64,000 bases of DNA, taken from assembly GCF_044324875.1 (NCBI RefSeq), contig NZ_CP172188.1. One strand, given 5' to 3'. The DNA is from Escherichia coli (GTDB lineage: Bacteria > Pseudomonadota > Gammaproteobacteria > Enterobacterales > Enterobacteriaceae). Under the pieces are notes generated by a model that was not told the DNA's origin, did not search any database, and saw only the letters and a program-made list of their open reading frames with translations. Below are positions 19,692 to 28,326 of this stretch, one piece after another. The position numbers and the translations under genes are program-made. The number at the start of each line of letters is the position of its first letter. The stretch's first letter is position 1.

Positions 19692-19725
19692 CTAACTTTA
19701 GATAATTGGCATTATTTAAAGTTAG
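19692..19725. other. lox-like 34-bp recombination site (13-bp inverted arms, 8-bp spacer)
   Basis: CTAACTTTAGATA-ATTGGCAT-TATTTAAAGTTAG; arms differ at one position; 9 of 13 arm positions shared with loxP ATAACTTCGTATA; 150 bp upstream of the Cre-like gene. Confidence 0.55.
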
Positions 19726-19876
19726 GCTATAATTATGGGTAGATGATCAGTATTGACATCACTGAAAATACGTGCCTCGAATCAAAGGCTTGAATCTTGA
19801 AAATTAACTTATAGCTACCCTGTCATTTTTATATTTTTCGCGTAGCGTCATCTGTATATAGAGGTTAAATAGTTTC

Positions 19877-20905
19877 ATGAGTGAATTAATTATCTCTGGC
19901 AGCTCCGGTGGTTTTCTGCGCAACATTGGCAAAGAGTACCAGGAGGCCGCAGAAAACTTTATGCGGTTCATGAATGACCAGGGGGCTTACGCGCCGAATA
20001 CTTTGCGCGATCTCCGGTTAGTGTTTCACTCCTGGGCGAGATGGTGTCACGCTCGCCAGCTCGCCTGGTTCCCGATCTCACCAGAGATGGCCCGCGAGTA
20101 TTTTCTTCAGCTGCATGATGCTGATCTGGCTTCGACCACCATTGATAAGCACTACGCCATGCTTAACATGCTGCTTTCGCATTGTGGCCTTCCGCCACTT
20201 TCGGATGATAAAAGTGTTTCTCTGGCTATGCGGCGCATCCGGCGTGAAGCGGCAACTGAAAAAGGCGAACGAACAGGCCAGGCTATACCGCTGCGGTGGG
20301 ACGATCTGAAACTGCTCGACGTCCTGTTGTCCAGGTCAGAACGGCTGGTGGACCTGCGCAACCGGGCTTTTCTCTTTGTTGCATACAATACGCTGATGCG
20401 TATGTCGGAAATCTCGCGTATTCGTGTAGGAGATCTGGATCAAACAGGTGACACTGTCACGCTACATATTTCACACACGAAGACAATAACGACCGCCGCC
20501 GGGCTTGATAAGGTGCTTTCCCGTCGCACTACCGCTGTGCTGAATGACTGGCTGGATGTTTCCGGGCTTCGCGAACATCCTGACGCAGTGTTGTTCCCGC
20601 CGATACACCGTAGCAATAAGGCCAGGATCACGACAACGCCCCTTACTGCACCTGCAATGGAGAAAATATTCAGCGACGCCTGGGTGTTGCTGAATAAAAG
20701 AGATGCTACGCCAAACAAAGGAAGATACCGGACGTGGACCGGGCATAGTGCACGCGTCGGGGCCGCTATTGATATGGCTGAAAAGCAGGTGTCTATGGTG
20801 GAGATCATGCAGGAAGGAACCTGGAAGAAACCGGAAACACTTATGCGGTATCTTCGCCGTGGCGGCGTGTCTGTGGGGGCTAATAGCCGCCTGATGGATT
20901 CGTAA
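19877..20905 (+). CDS. cre: Cre-family tyrosine recombinase
   Basis: 342 aa; blocks resembling P1 Cre as recalled: MLNMLLSHCGLPPLSDDKSVSLAMRRIRRE, DLRNRAFLFVAYNTLMRMSEISRIRVGDL, WTGHSARVGAAIDMAEKQVSMVEIMQEGTWKKPETLMRYLR (R-H-R-Y region). Confidence 0.85.
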   Translation: MSELIISGSSGGFLRNIGKEYQEAAENFMRFMNDQGAYAPNTLRDLRLVFHSWARWCHARQLAWFPISPEMAREYFLQLHDADLASTTIDKHYAMLNMLLSHCGLPPLSDDKSVSLAMRRIRREAATEKGERTGQAIPLRWDDLKLLDVLLSRSERLVDLRNRAFLFVAYNTLMRMSEISRIRVGDLDQTGDTVTLHISHTKTITTAAGLDKVLSRRTTAVLNDWLDVSGLREHPDAVLFPPIHRSNKARITTTPLTAPAMEKIFSDAWVLLNKRDATPNKGRYRTWTGHSARVGAAIDMAEKQVSMVEIMQEGTWKKPETLMRYLRRGGVSVGANSRLMDS

Positions 20906-20922
20906 ATTAAAATTCTAACACA
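20905..20922 (-). promoter_or_regulatory. operator-like motif copy (reverse strand TGTGTTAGAATTTTAATT)
   Basis: Upstream of the 20979..24600 operon. Confidence 0.45.
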
Positions 20923-20978
20923 TCTTTTTAGATTAACGCCTTTGCTGTAAAGTACCCTCGCCTATTTAGGAGGGTGCT

Positions 20979-21323
20979 TTGCAGAGTCAAATCACGGAAT
21001 CAAGACGCTTCAAGGTGGATGGTTACACCGTAACCTTCGCCGCTGGTGTTAAGAACAGTCATGCTGTCGTTGTGTTCGGCATCATGACCGGGCTTGAGGC
21101 CGTCCCTGTGTTTACCCTCGAAAAAAACTGGCGAAATCTGGAGGAAGCAGAAAGCTACGTCCGGAAAGTAACCATCATTGCCGCCGAAAAACTCCTGGCC
21201 CACTATCAGGAAAATTATCGCACTATGGTCGAGAAGATTAATCTCGCTTTCACTCGCCCCACTACCGGCTTTATTGCACCGGATACTAATGCCGGTCGAT
21301 ATCCTGCAAGGGGGCGTCGGTGA
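20979..21323 (+). CDS. hypothetical protein
   Basis: 114 aa; TTG start with strong RBS TAGGAGGG. Confidence 0.45.
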   Translation: MQSQITESRRFKVDGYTVTFAAGVKNSHAVVVFGIMTGLEAVPVFTLEKNWRNLEEAESYVRKVTIIAAEKLLAHYQENYRTMVEKINLAFTRPTTGFIAPDTNAGRYPARGRR

Positions 21324-21796
21324 AAACTTATTACCCATCTCTGAATTGTTACCCGTCTTCCTATCCAGAATTATCCGGGAAGCTGTTAGCTCTATTAGCT
21401 AAAGCACCTACGGAATGGTTTAAGCCAGTCGTTATCAATCCACACTTCCTGGGGTACGGATCTGTTCGCACTCGTAACGAACTCAAAAACCTACTGGCGC
21501 ATGGATTCATTCGACACCGTGCCGGGAAAGGCTATCAGTTAGCGATTGCGCCAGAAGAGGCCGTGCGGCTATTCGCATATCGTGACAGCCAGACAAAAGC
21601 TCGGGTAATAGCTCAAATACTTCATAACGGCAGCACCTATGCCCGCCAGTTTGGCGGCGACACGTCGCAGTTCTTGCGGGCGGTGCGATCGCTGGAGGAG
21701 CAAGGAGTTATTGAAAGTTCCTGTCTTCCTGTTCCTACCGTTCCACATATCAAACGTCGGGTTTACACCTTCACGCAGAGAGCTAAAAAACAATGA
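21320..21796 (+). CDS. hypothetical protein
   Basis: 158 aa; GTG start overlapping upstream stop (GTGA). Confidence 0.45.
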   Translation: MKTYYPSLNCYPSSYPELSGKLLALLAKAPTEWFKPVVINPHFLGYGSVRTRNELKNLLAHGFIRHRAGKGYQLAIAPEEAVRLFAYRDSQTKARVIAQILHNGSTYARQFGGDTSQFLRAVRSLEEQGVIESSCLPVPTVPHIKRRVYTFTQRAKKQ

Positions 21797-22287
21797 TTTA
21801 CGTAAAAGTGAAACGCCTACATCCGGCAGCAAAACTTCCAGCTTATGCCACCTCCGGATCGGCGGCGATGGATTTTGAGGCTGTTGAAATAAAACCATGC
21901 GTCGATAGCAATGGTGCAATTTCCTCAAGCTGGTGGGTGTATACCGGACTGGCTATGGAGATCCCGCCCGGCTGGTGTCTGAAACTCTATCCGCGATCAG
22001 GATTGGGCTGCAAAAAACATACTCGCCTGGCTAACTGCGTAGGAATTATCGACTCCGATTATCGCGGCGAAATCATGGCAAAACTGATTACTGATCCAGG
22101 CGGGGAAGGCGTTTGTCTCAAGCCTGGAATGGCTGTCATGCAAGGAATTTTTGAGCGTGTTGAACAAGTCTCACTAGTCGAGGTTGAGGAACTCAACGAA
22201 ACGGAGCGTGGTGCTGGTGGCTTTGGTAGCACATCGGAAGGCCACTTTGAAATTAAGCGTTCACCGCTTCAGTACGAAAAGTTATAA
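21793..22287 (+). CDS. dut: dUTP diphosphatase (dUTPase) family protein
   Basis: 164 aa; motif YPRSGLG and motif G-x-ID-x-DYRGE (GIIDSDYRGE). Confidence 0.75.
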   Translation: MIYVKVKRLHPAAKLPAYATSGSAAMDFEAVEIKPCVDSNGAISSSWWVYTGLAMEIPPGWCLKLYPRSGLGCKKHTRLANCVGIIDSDYRGEIMAKLITDPGGEGVCLKPGMAVMQGIFERVEQVSLVEVEELNETERGAGGFGSTSEGHFEIKRSPLQYEKL

Positions 22288-22301
22288 GCAGAGAAAAGAC
22301 T

Positions 22302-22742
22302 ATGAATAACATGGCAACGAAAGAGCTTTTTAAGTTCCGTCCCAAATACAAAGCTCACAAAAAAAATGGAACCACGGTCATCATTACGGATGACAACGGC
22401 GTGATGATTAATCTTACCGGGAGCGTAACTATTTCTGCTGGTGGCATCACCACCCAGCAAGAAGAAATCGACCTTGAAGCAGCCGACTTTTCAGACGCGC
22501 TGATGTGGCTGAAGGAAGGCAAGAAAGTTGCTCGACGCGGGTGGAACGGCGAAAACCAATTCTGCTGGCTGGTTCCTGAAGGACAGTACCCGGCACGAAT
22601 GGAAGCCATTAAGGGATATTTCCCCGGCGACCTCGTTCCGTATGGTGCTTATTTCGCCTTAAAAAATGCACAAGGTGTAGTTGTTCCGTGGGTGCCTTCA
22701 GTTGGCGACCTGCTGGCCTGTGACTGGTTTGTTGTGGAGTGA
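22302..22742 (+). CDS. DUF2829/Tad2-like domain protein (candidate signalling-nucleotide sponge)
   Basis: 146 aa; C-terminal LMWLKEGKKVARRGWNGENQFCWLV ... PWVPSVGDLLACDWFVVE. Confidence 0.55.
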   Translation: MNNMATKELFKFRPKYKAHKKNGTTVIITDDNGVMINLTGSVTISAGGITTQQEEIDLEAADFSDALMWLKEGKKVARRGWNGENQFCWLVPEGQYPARMEAIKGYFPGDLVPYGAYFALKNAQGVVVPWVPSVGDLLACDWFVVE

Positions 22743-22748
22743 TTTGAC

Positions 22749-23516
22749 ATGGAAAGCACTAAAACAATTCAATACCGCTTGCGTAATGGCCTGCTGGTGG
22801 CTGTTAACGCCGACATGTCACTGCCGTTTGACACGATTGAACGCACTATCATGACGTATCTCGGCTTTAATGAAGAGCTGAATGAAGAGCATGGCGTAGC
22901 TATATGGAGTGATGCAGACAGCGGCGTTCGTCGTTACATCACCGCCAGGGGCAAAGACTACTCTCTGGAAGAACTGTTTGCCCTTGCGCAGTCTTTCGAA
23001 TGTGTAGCATTAGACCTGTTTAATGATCCTGCTATAGCGCAACGACTTATACGCGAGCTTGGGCTATCCGTTACACCAATTATATTTAAAAATGGCAGCC
23101 TGACTGGCACATGGCGCGTAGAACGCATCTCAAACTACCTTCCATATAACCGACAGTTAAATGGAGTAATCTCCGGCGTTAACCAGCCCGTAGCGTGTGA
23201 AAATGTAAACCTGGTTGTCGCTGTTTTGGCAACCGCATGTCGTGTTATCGGTTTGGCTAAACAGGCATTTATTCATTTCCCAAATGGTGCAGAAGGTAGC
23301 GCAGAGATTATCGCGTGTGATTTCGAATTTACCTGGATGCTACGCGAATATCTGGACCAAACAGTATTCCGTGCCGAAGAACTGGATATGTATATCACGT
23401 CAACGATTCCAGACGATGTGCGAGCTGAAGCAATCGCTACAGCCAGGGCGAAATGCCGTGCGGCGATTGCAGAACAGGCCAAAGAAGAAGTTAAGGAAGT
23501 GGCAGATGGCGACTAA
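22749..23516 (+). CDS. hypothetical protein
   Basis: 255-aa ORF in the same operon. Confidence 0.5.
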   Translation: MESTKTIQYRLRNGLLVAVNADMSLPFDTIERTIMTYLGFNEELNEEHGVAIWSDADSGVRRYITARGKDYSLEELFALAQSFECVALDLFNDPAIAQRLIRELGLSVTPIIFKNGSLTGTWRVERISNYLPYNRQLNGVISGVNQPVACENVNLVVAVLATACRVIGLAKQAFIHFPNGAEGSAEIIACDFEFTWMLREYLDQTVFRAEELDMYITSTIPDDVRAEAIATARAKCRAAIAEQAKEEVKEVADGD

Positions 23517-24600
23517 GAGCAATATTTATAAAGATCCGCGCTGGCTGTCGCTGGTGGAGAAATATAAAGACAATTGGGTACTGGCAGCAAAAGAATTGTT
23601 TGATATTGATTTAAGCCACCAGCAACAACAAATTGTTGAAGCTATACAGCCCAATAATGCAAAAGCTACTGTCACCACTCCGTATGGGATCGGACGACCG
23701 CAAGTGCTTGCTGTTATTAGTACCCTTTATACGATTATGTATCCTGATTCCCGGACAGTAATTGTTTATCCAAAATCAAATGTTTGCAAAAGAGGAATTG
23801 TTGCATATGTGTGGCAATGTTGGGAGGCATTGCTGAAAAAACAACCTTTTATCATTGAGTATTTTAAGGTCGGTGATAGCGGTCTGATGTTCAATGAATT
23901 TTGGGGAATGTGCTTTTGTAACTTCCGCCTTAACTATGAAGATAGCATTGCAGGTCACTACGCCGACCATCTTTTATTCATTATTGTGGATTCCGCACAT
24001 ATCAGCGATCGGGCATACAGCATTGTGTGGGCAAGCATGACTAGTGGTGATTCACGCATATTGCTCACTTCAATTCCGTCACCAGAGGAAATAGGCTTTT
24101 TTTATGATTCACATCATGGACGTGCTTTAGCTGAAGATAATCCGAGTGGTGTATATAAAGCCATTAAGCTGAGTGCGGAGGATTCACCATTTATTACCCA
24201 AGAATATCTTGATCATTTTGCCGAAAGGTATGGCGGGCGAAATAGTGATGACTATCGTCGTATGATTCTTGGTGAGTTCCCTGGTATTAGGGAGGCTGTT
24301 CTTGAATCAGATATGCCGAAGACAATGCGCTTTTCGATGCCTGATGGTAGTGAATGGACAATACCATTACGAGTGATAGCCCGGCATCATGCGCAGCACC
24401 ACGCCAAAAAACATGGCGTCACGACATTAGAATGGTTGAAATCGCACACCATTCCACTCTTCACTGCAGATCACAATGCTATCGTTGAGTGGGCAAAAAC
24501 AATTCCGTGGGAGAATGTCGCTGAATACGCCCACATGCTAAAACCGCCGAAAGACAGGCAAGAAATTAGCTGGCTGACAGCAGAAAAAATCATTGAGTGA
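23506..24600 (+). CDS. terminase-large-subunit ATPase-domain paralog with degenerate Walker motifs and no nuclease domain
   Basis: 364 aa from ATG 23506 (RBS AAGGAAG); aligns to PacB-like 16920..18428 (DPRW..KY, SHQQQ, YDSHH, DNP, YGGR, FPG) but Walker A GHGTGKS becomes PYGIGRP and Walker B ILDEAS becomes IIVDSA. Confidence 0.65.
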   Translation: MATKSNIYKDPRWLSLVEKYKDNWVLAAKELFDIDLSHQQQQIVEAIQPNNAKATVTTPYGIGRPQVLAVISTLYTIMYPDSRTVIVYPKSNVCKRGIVAYVWQCWEALLKKQPFIIEYFKVGDSGLMFNEFWGMCFCNFRLNYEDSIAGHYADHLLFIIVDSAHISDRAYSIVWASMTSGDSRILLTSIPSPEEIGFFYDSHHGRALAEDNPSGVYKAIKLSAEDSPFITQEYLDHFAERYGGRNSDDYRRMILGEFPGIREAVLESDMPKTMRFSMPDGSEWTIPLRVIARHHAQHHAKKHGVTTLEWLKSHTIPLFTADHNAIVEWAKTIPWENVAEYAHMLKPPKDRQEISWLTAEKIIE

Positions 24601-24606
24601 TAGTAA

Positions 24607-24636
24607 GAAGCCCGCCTGGTTGAGCGGGCTTCTTTT
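24607..24636. terminator. hairpin terminator between convergent genes
   Basis: GAAGCCCGCCTGGTTGAGCGGGCTTCTTTTC. Confidence 0.6.
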
Positions 24637-25016
24637 CAAATATTGGAACCATATAGTTCACGTAGTTTTTTCGCTACTGAAGATACGGGGATTTCACCAG
24701 TTGCAGCCCCCACTGCAAGCTCCACCAGCACGGGATCATCATATACCTGTATACCGTTACGGCGTAGAAATAGCAGCGCACTGTTTAGCGCGGTACGCTT
24801 ATTGGCATCATTGAATATATGCCCTCTCGCCGTAGCCACCAGGTAGGTGGCGGAGACTTCGAAAAGGTCGGTGATCTCTTCGTAGGCAACTCTGGCCTGA
24901 ACTCTCCCGATAATGGCCTCTGCCCTACCCGGATCTGACATTCCCGGCAGGCCGCCGTAGCGGCTTATATTCGCATCATGAAGCGCAATAAGTTCTTCCG
25001 GTGATATATGCCTCAT
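24636..25016 (-). CDS. doc: Doc toxin (Fic-family kinase) of the phd-doc addiction module
   Basis: 126 aa [40 protein letters not shown]...; essentially the P1 Doc sequence as I recall it. Confidence 0.93.
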
Positions 25017-25237
25017 TATCGGTTAACCAGTTCCTTGTTGGTGGAGTCCAGGGTGTCAAACAGGGATGCAAATTCGGCATCCAGCGCCGCTTTTTTGTAG
25101 GCTTCAAAAGTAGCCTTGCTGACAATTACTGCTGGCTCACGGCCTCTGCGGGTGATTTCAACCTCTTCCCCGGCTTCAACATTGTTGAGCACTTCAGAAA
25201 GGTTGCCACGCGCGGTACGGAAGTTAATGGATTGCAT
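25016..25237 (-). CDS. phd: Phd antitoxin
   Basis: 73 aa from second Met: [49 protein letters not shown]...; overlaps doc start. Confidence 0.93.
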
Positions 25238-25309
25238 AAACACCTCGTGTACTCGTTATGTGTACACAATTATAAACTTCACAGGCATAAAGCACCAGCA
25301 CTTTGCAGC

Positions 25310-25699
25310 TTAAATAACCGGACAATCATCAAATTCCCCACTTCGGGCATCATTGATGACATGAGTGATCACACCAAAAACAGCATTACTGCCCGTGTAT
25401 CCATCGTCATCTACTGGTAACGCCTCTTTCTTCCCGGTGCTTAAGTCCTCCAGGTGCTGGCGCGGATACTTCCTGTATCTCTTTATGCGATATTCACCCT
25501 CCATAGCGCACACAAGCAGAGAACCATCAACCGGAGTAAGCGAGGAATCAACCACCAGCAAAGCACCCTGCAATATTCCCTCACGGTGATGGCTATCAGC
25601 TGCCCGCATGAAGTAGGTCGCTGAAGGATGTCTAATTATCTGCTGATCAAGAGAAATTCGGCTTTCAACATAATCCGCCGCAGGAGAAGGGAAGCCCAT
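25310..25699 (-). CDS. humD: HumD (UmuD'-like, LexA/S24 peptidase family)
   Basis: 129 aa; FPSPAADYVESRISLDQQIIRHPSATYF ... AVFGVITHVIN parallels UmuD. Confidence 0.75.
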   Translation of the reverse strand: MGFPSPAADYVESRISLDQQIIRHPSATYFMRAADSHHREGILQGALLVVDSSLTPVDGSLLVCAMEGEYRIKRYRKYPRQHLEDLSTGKKEALPVDDDGYTGSNAVFGVITHVINDARSGEFDDCPVI

Positions 25700-25717
25700 A
25701 GCGTTTTACCTCAATGA

Positions 25718-25737
25718 TACTGTTTATTCATACAGTA
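25718..25737. promoter_or_regulatory. LexA box (SOS operator) in the humD promoter
   Basis: TACTGTTTATTCATACAGTA = CTGT-N8-ACAG palindrome about 20 nt upstream of the humD start. Confidence 0.7.
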
Positions 25738-25822
25738 TACATTGAAAAGGCATAGTTTGTGAAAGCGGGGTTTGTAGGCGCGCCACGCTGGGGGCTAATC
25801 ACATTTCTCCCCCATCTTGCCG

Positions 25823-26074
25823 TTATTTTTTTGGTGCATCCTCGTTCTGATACACCGGATCGCTCCCTTTTGGCAACTGGAGGCTTAACTGCCGGTAGTG
25901 CCGTAGCCGTTCCATGAAATAGGCGCGCAGGTTTTCCGGTTGCTCACGGGCCACCTGCTCTGCAATCACAGGTATATTCAGCCGTTCTTTGTAAGCAACG
26001 CCGCTGGCGGCAAGGTCTACGTTCACCTTGTCTCGCTCTTCCTGGCTTTTAGCTGCTATATTTCGATCTGACAC
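25823..26074 (-). CDS. hot: Hot (homolog of DNA polymerase III theta subunit)
   Basis: 83 aa; [43 protein letters not shown] parallels E. coli HolE. Confidence 0.75.
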   Translation of the reverse strand: MSDRNIAAKSQEERDKVNVDLAASGVAYKERLNIPVIAEQVAREQPENLRAYFMERLRHYRQLSLQLPKGSDPVYQNEDAPKK

Positions 26075-26106
26075 AAGAAACCTCCAGGAGTTAGTGGATC
26101 AGGCAC

Positions 26107-26457
26107 ATGCACAATAACGTTCTCAATGTTAGCCGTTCAATTCAGACAATCAGAGACTGCACCAGTGTGGTGGCATCAATCCCATTGCGAAACAGCATAG
26201 ACGAACTGCAAATTCGTGTATTGAATCCGAATCAGGCTAATAAGCAATTGCGCTTTATTTTGACGCTGAAAAGTGAAACAGAGGGGATAAAGCACAGCGT
26301 AAAAGTGTTTTCTGAGGCCATTCTGCTTAATGGGAAGCTCCGGCATCTGGTAAGGCCAGAACGTCAATATCCTGACGTCCTGGCGCGTGAAAAAGACCTT
26401 CTTTCTGAAGTTCAGGATAGGGTGATCGATTTCGTCAAATGCTATCCCCTGCATTGA
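26107..26457 (+). CDS. hypothetical protein
   Basis: 116-aa ORF, ATG start. Confidence 0.4.
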   Translation: MHNNVLNVSRSIQTIRDCTSVVASIPLRNSIDELQIRVLNPNQANKQLRFILTLKSETEGIKHSVKVFSEAILLNGKLRHLVRPERQYPDVLAREKDLLSEVQDRVIDFVKCYPLH

Positions 26458-26726
26458 GGGCAGGTGTTCCCTTCCGCAAAGTAGGGAAAACTGCTATCAA
26501 GTTCATCACACCATCTGCGATGGTCGTAGCACCAAAACGCCTCCCACGGCGCACGGAAATACTTCATCCACCAGGACACCCGATCAGGTATATCTGCTGG
26601 TGGCAGTTCTTCTGGCAATAATTTGCCTGATAATTCCCTTTCCGCCCGCGACAGCATTTTTTTGAGGCTCGCGTTCTCTTTTTCAAGCTCATCTACGCGC
26701 ACCTGTAATTCAGCTTTCGTTGGCAT
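26442..26726 (-). CDS. hypothetical protein (start set at internal Met)
   Basis: ORF 26442..26807; likely start MPTKAELQ...; short coiled-coil then Cys/Trp-rich C-terminus. Confidence 0.35.
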   Translation of the reverse strand: MPTKAELQVRVDELEKENASLKKMLSRAERELSGKLLPEELPPADIPDRVSWWMKYFRAPWEAFWCYDHRRWCDELDSSFPYFAEGNTCPQCRG

Positions 26727-27582
26727 GGTCCGCCTCATGCTTTTCAGCCACCAGCGGCAATAAAGCCCTGGCCATCTTATGAACCAATAATGCATCAATA
26801 ATGCCAAGCGTATGCCCCGGCTTAATGTTTAATGCCGCCTCAAGGTGACACCTTTCCAAGCCACTTTTCTCGGCTTGTTTATGATGATCTGGTGTAATAA
26901 CGTCGCCCAAAACACGGCTAATTCTTTCTCGTAATTGCTGGGTGCCCGCACACTTGATCGCTGTATCGTGGAGACGGTTAACCAGTTCGCGATAAACATG
27001 CGGTTTAATGCGGATACGTTCACCGGTGACGCCCTTTCCTGGCACTGGCACCGAACTATCCGGAATATCCGGATAGTTGCCAGCCAGTCTACGCAAAACA
27101 GCCTTAATTGCATCAATACGGTCATCATCAACTTTTTCTACAATATTGGAATTTAAATACTTCGAAGCCTTGCTATGCCAATCGCTGGTTTTAGGGTCTT
27201 GTCCATCCATCAAACGCCAAGCTTCAGCGATTAACTCATAGCCAGTAACAGTGGCTTCCTGCGCATCACCAATCAGTTGTGTGATCTCTCTTTCAAGCAT
27301 GCTTAGAGCGTTAGGCATTGGTTTTTCTTCCGGTACTACTGGAACGGGGGGAGCGGCGTAGACCTCAATAATTCCATTATCAATAGGCCATTCTCCATCC
27401 TTGAGGTAGTCACTTGTGCCGTCAACTTGCTGTTCTGCAATGTGGAATGCACCTATTGGTTTTGCTTCCAGCGATGCCAGAGCAATTTCATAAGCACGGC
27501 GCTCAATATTGTCTCTCACATCCAGGCTACCTATGCGCTCTTTGATTTCTTTAATCAGTTCTTTGTCGGTTAAAGTGGTCAT
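26710..27582 (-). CDS. hypothetical protein; shares a module with the IS-disrupted gene at 36077..36796
   Basis: 290 aa; segment LHDTAIKCAGTQQLRERISRVL matches LRDVAIECHGTDQLRARLSNTL in 36077..36796. Confidence 0.5.
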   Translation of the reverse strand: MTTLTDKELIKEIKERIGSLDVRDNIERRAYEIALASLEAKPIGAFHIAEQQVDGTSDYLKDGEWPIDNGIIEVYAAPPVPVVPEEKPMPNALSMLEREITQLIGDAQEATVTGYELIAEAWRLMDGQDPKTSDWHSKASKYLNSNIVEKVDDDRIDAIKAVLRRLAGNYPDIPDSSVPVPGKGVTGERIRIKPHVYRELVNRLHDTAIKCAGTQQLRERISRVLGDVITPDHHKQAEKSGLERCHLEAALNIKPGHTLGIIDALLVHKMARALLPLVAEKHEADHANES

Positions 27583-27896
27583 TTGTTAATCCTCAAAACT
27601 TTATGCCCGGGCGCAAAAGCACGCGTTTTGTCTTTGCTTATTCGCCAGCCATCCTTGCGCGCCTCTTTTGCACAGCCAGCCCATGACGTACCGATATACT
27701 CACCGAAGTCTGGTGATTGATATTTACCATTTGTACACTGGCGACAATCACAGTAGAGATGCATGGTGTAACTTGCGGCAATAGCCATATCAGGCTCCTT
27801 TAGTGCGCAAGTGGTTTTTCCAGCGGTTTTGCGCCGCGCTGCGCTTATCTTTGATTCCCTCTCTGGCAATTCCAGAAAATGAAAACAACACCACAC
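27579..27896 (-). CDS. hypothetical Cys-rich protein
   Basis: 105 aa; YCDCRQC and WAGC motifs. Confidence 0.4.
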   Translation of the reverse strand: MWCCFHFLELPERESKISAARRKTAGKTTCALKEPDMAIAASYTMHLYCDCRQCTNGKYQSPDFGEYIGTSWAGCAKEARKDGWRISKDKTRAFAPGHKVLRINK

Positions 27897-28326
27897 AGCG
27901 ATTGCTAACTCTCAACCACTGGCTGGGATAGCAAAGTCTGTATACACGGGAGATAAGCATCTTAGCTTTACGGTTTTTCATCGCACTGCGTACCCCTTCT
28001 CTCGTCTGTTACGCGATGTGGTGGGTTTATAGTTAAATGCGAATACCACCCTACCAAACATGCCGATCACCGCCCGTTTGTGATTGCTGATTGGTAGCTT
28101 CTCGTACCCCGTCGAACGCGATAAAAGAAGTAATTTTGCTTTACGGTTTTTCATCGTTTTGCTCTCCTGCGTCTCTTTGCTGCTCGTCGTGCCGCTGCAA
28201 TACCGGTATGGCGGCGCTTTGGTGCCGGGATGATGTTGTCAGCCATCAGTACATGCGGCTTTGCAATTAGCGCAGAAGCCCAAAAACGAGTCGGGTATGG
28301 TAATAAACCGATAAACGCGACACGCA

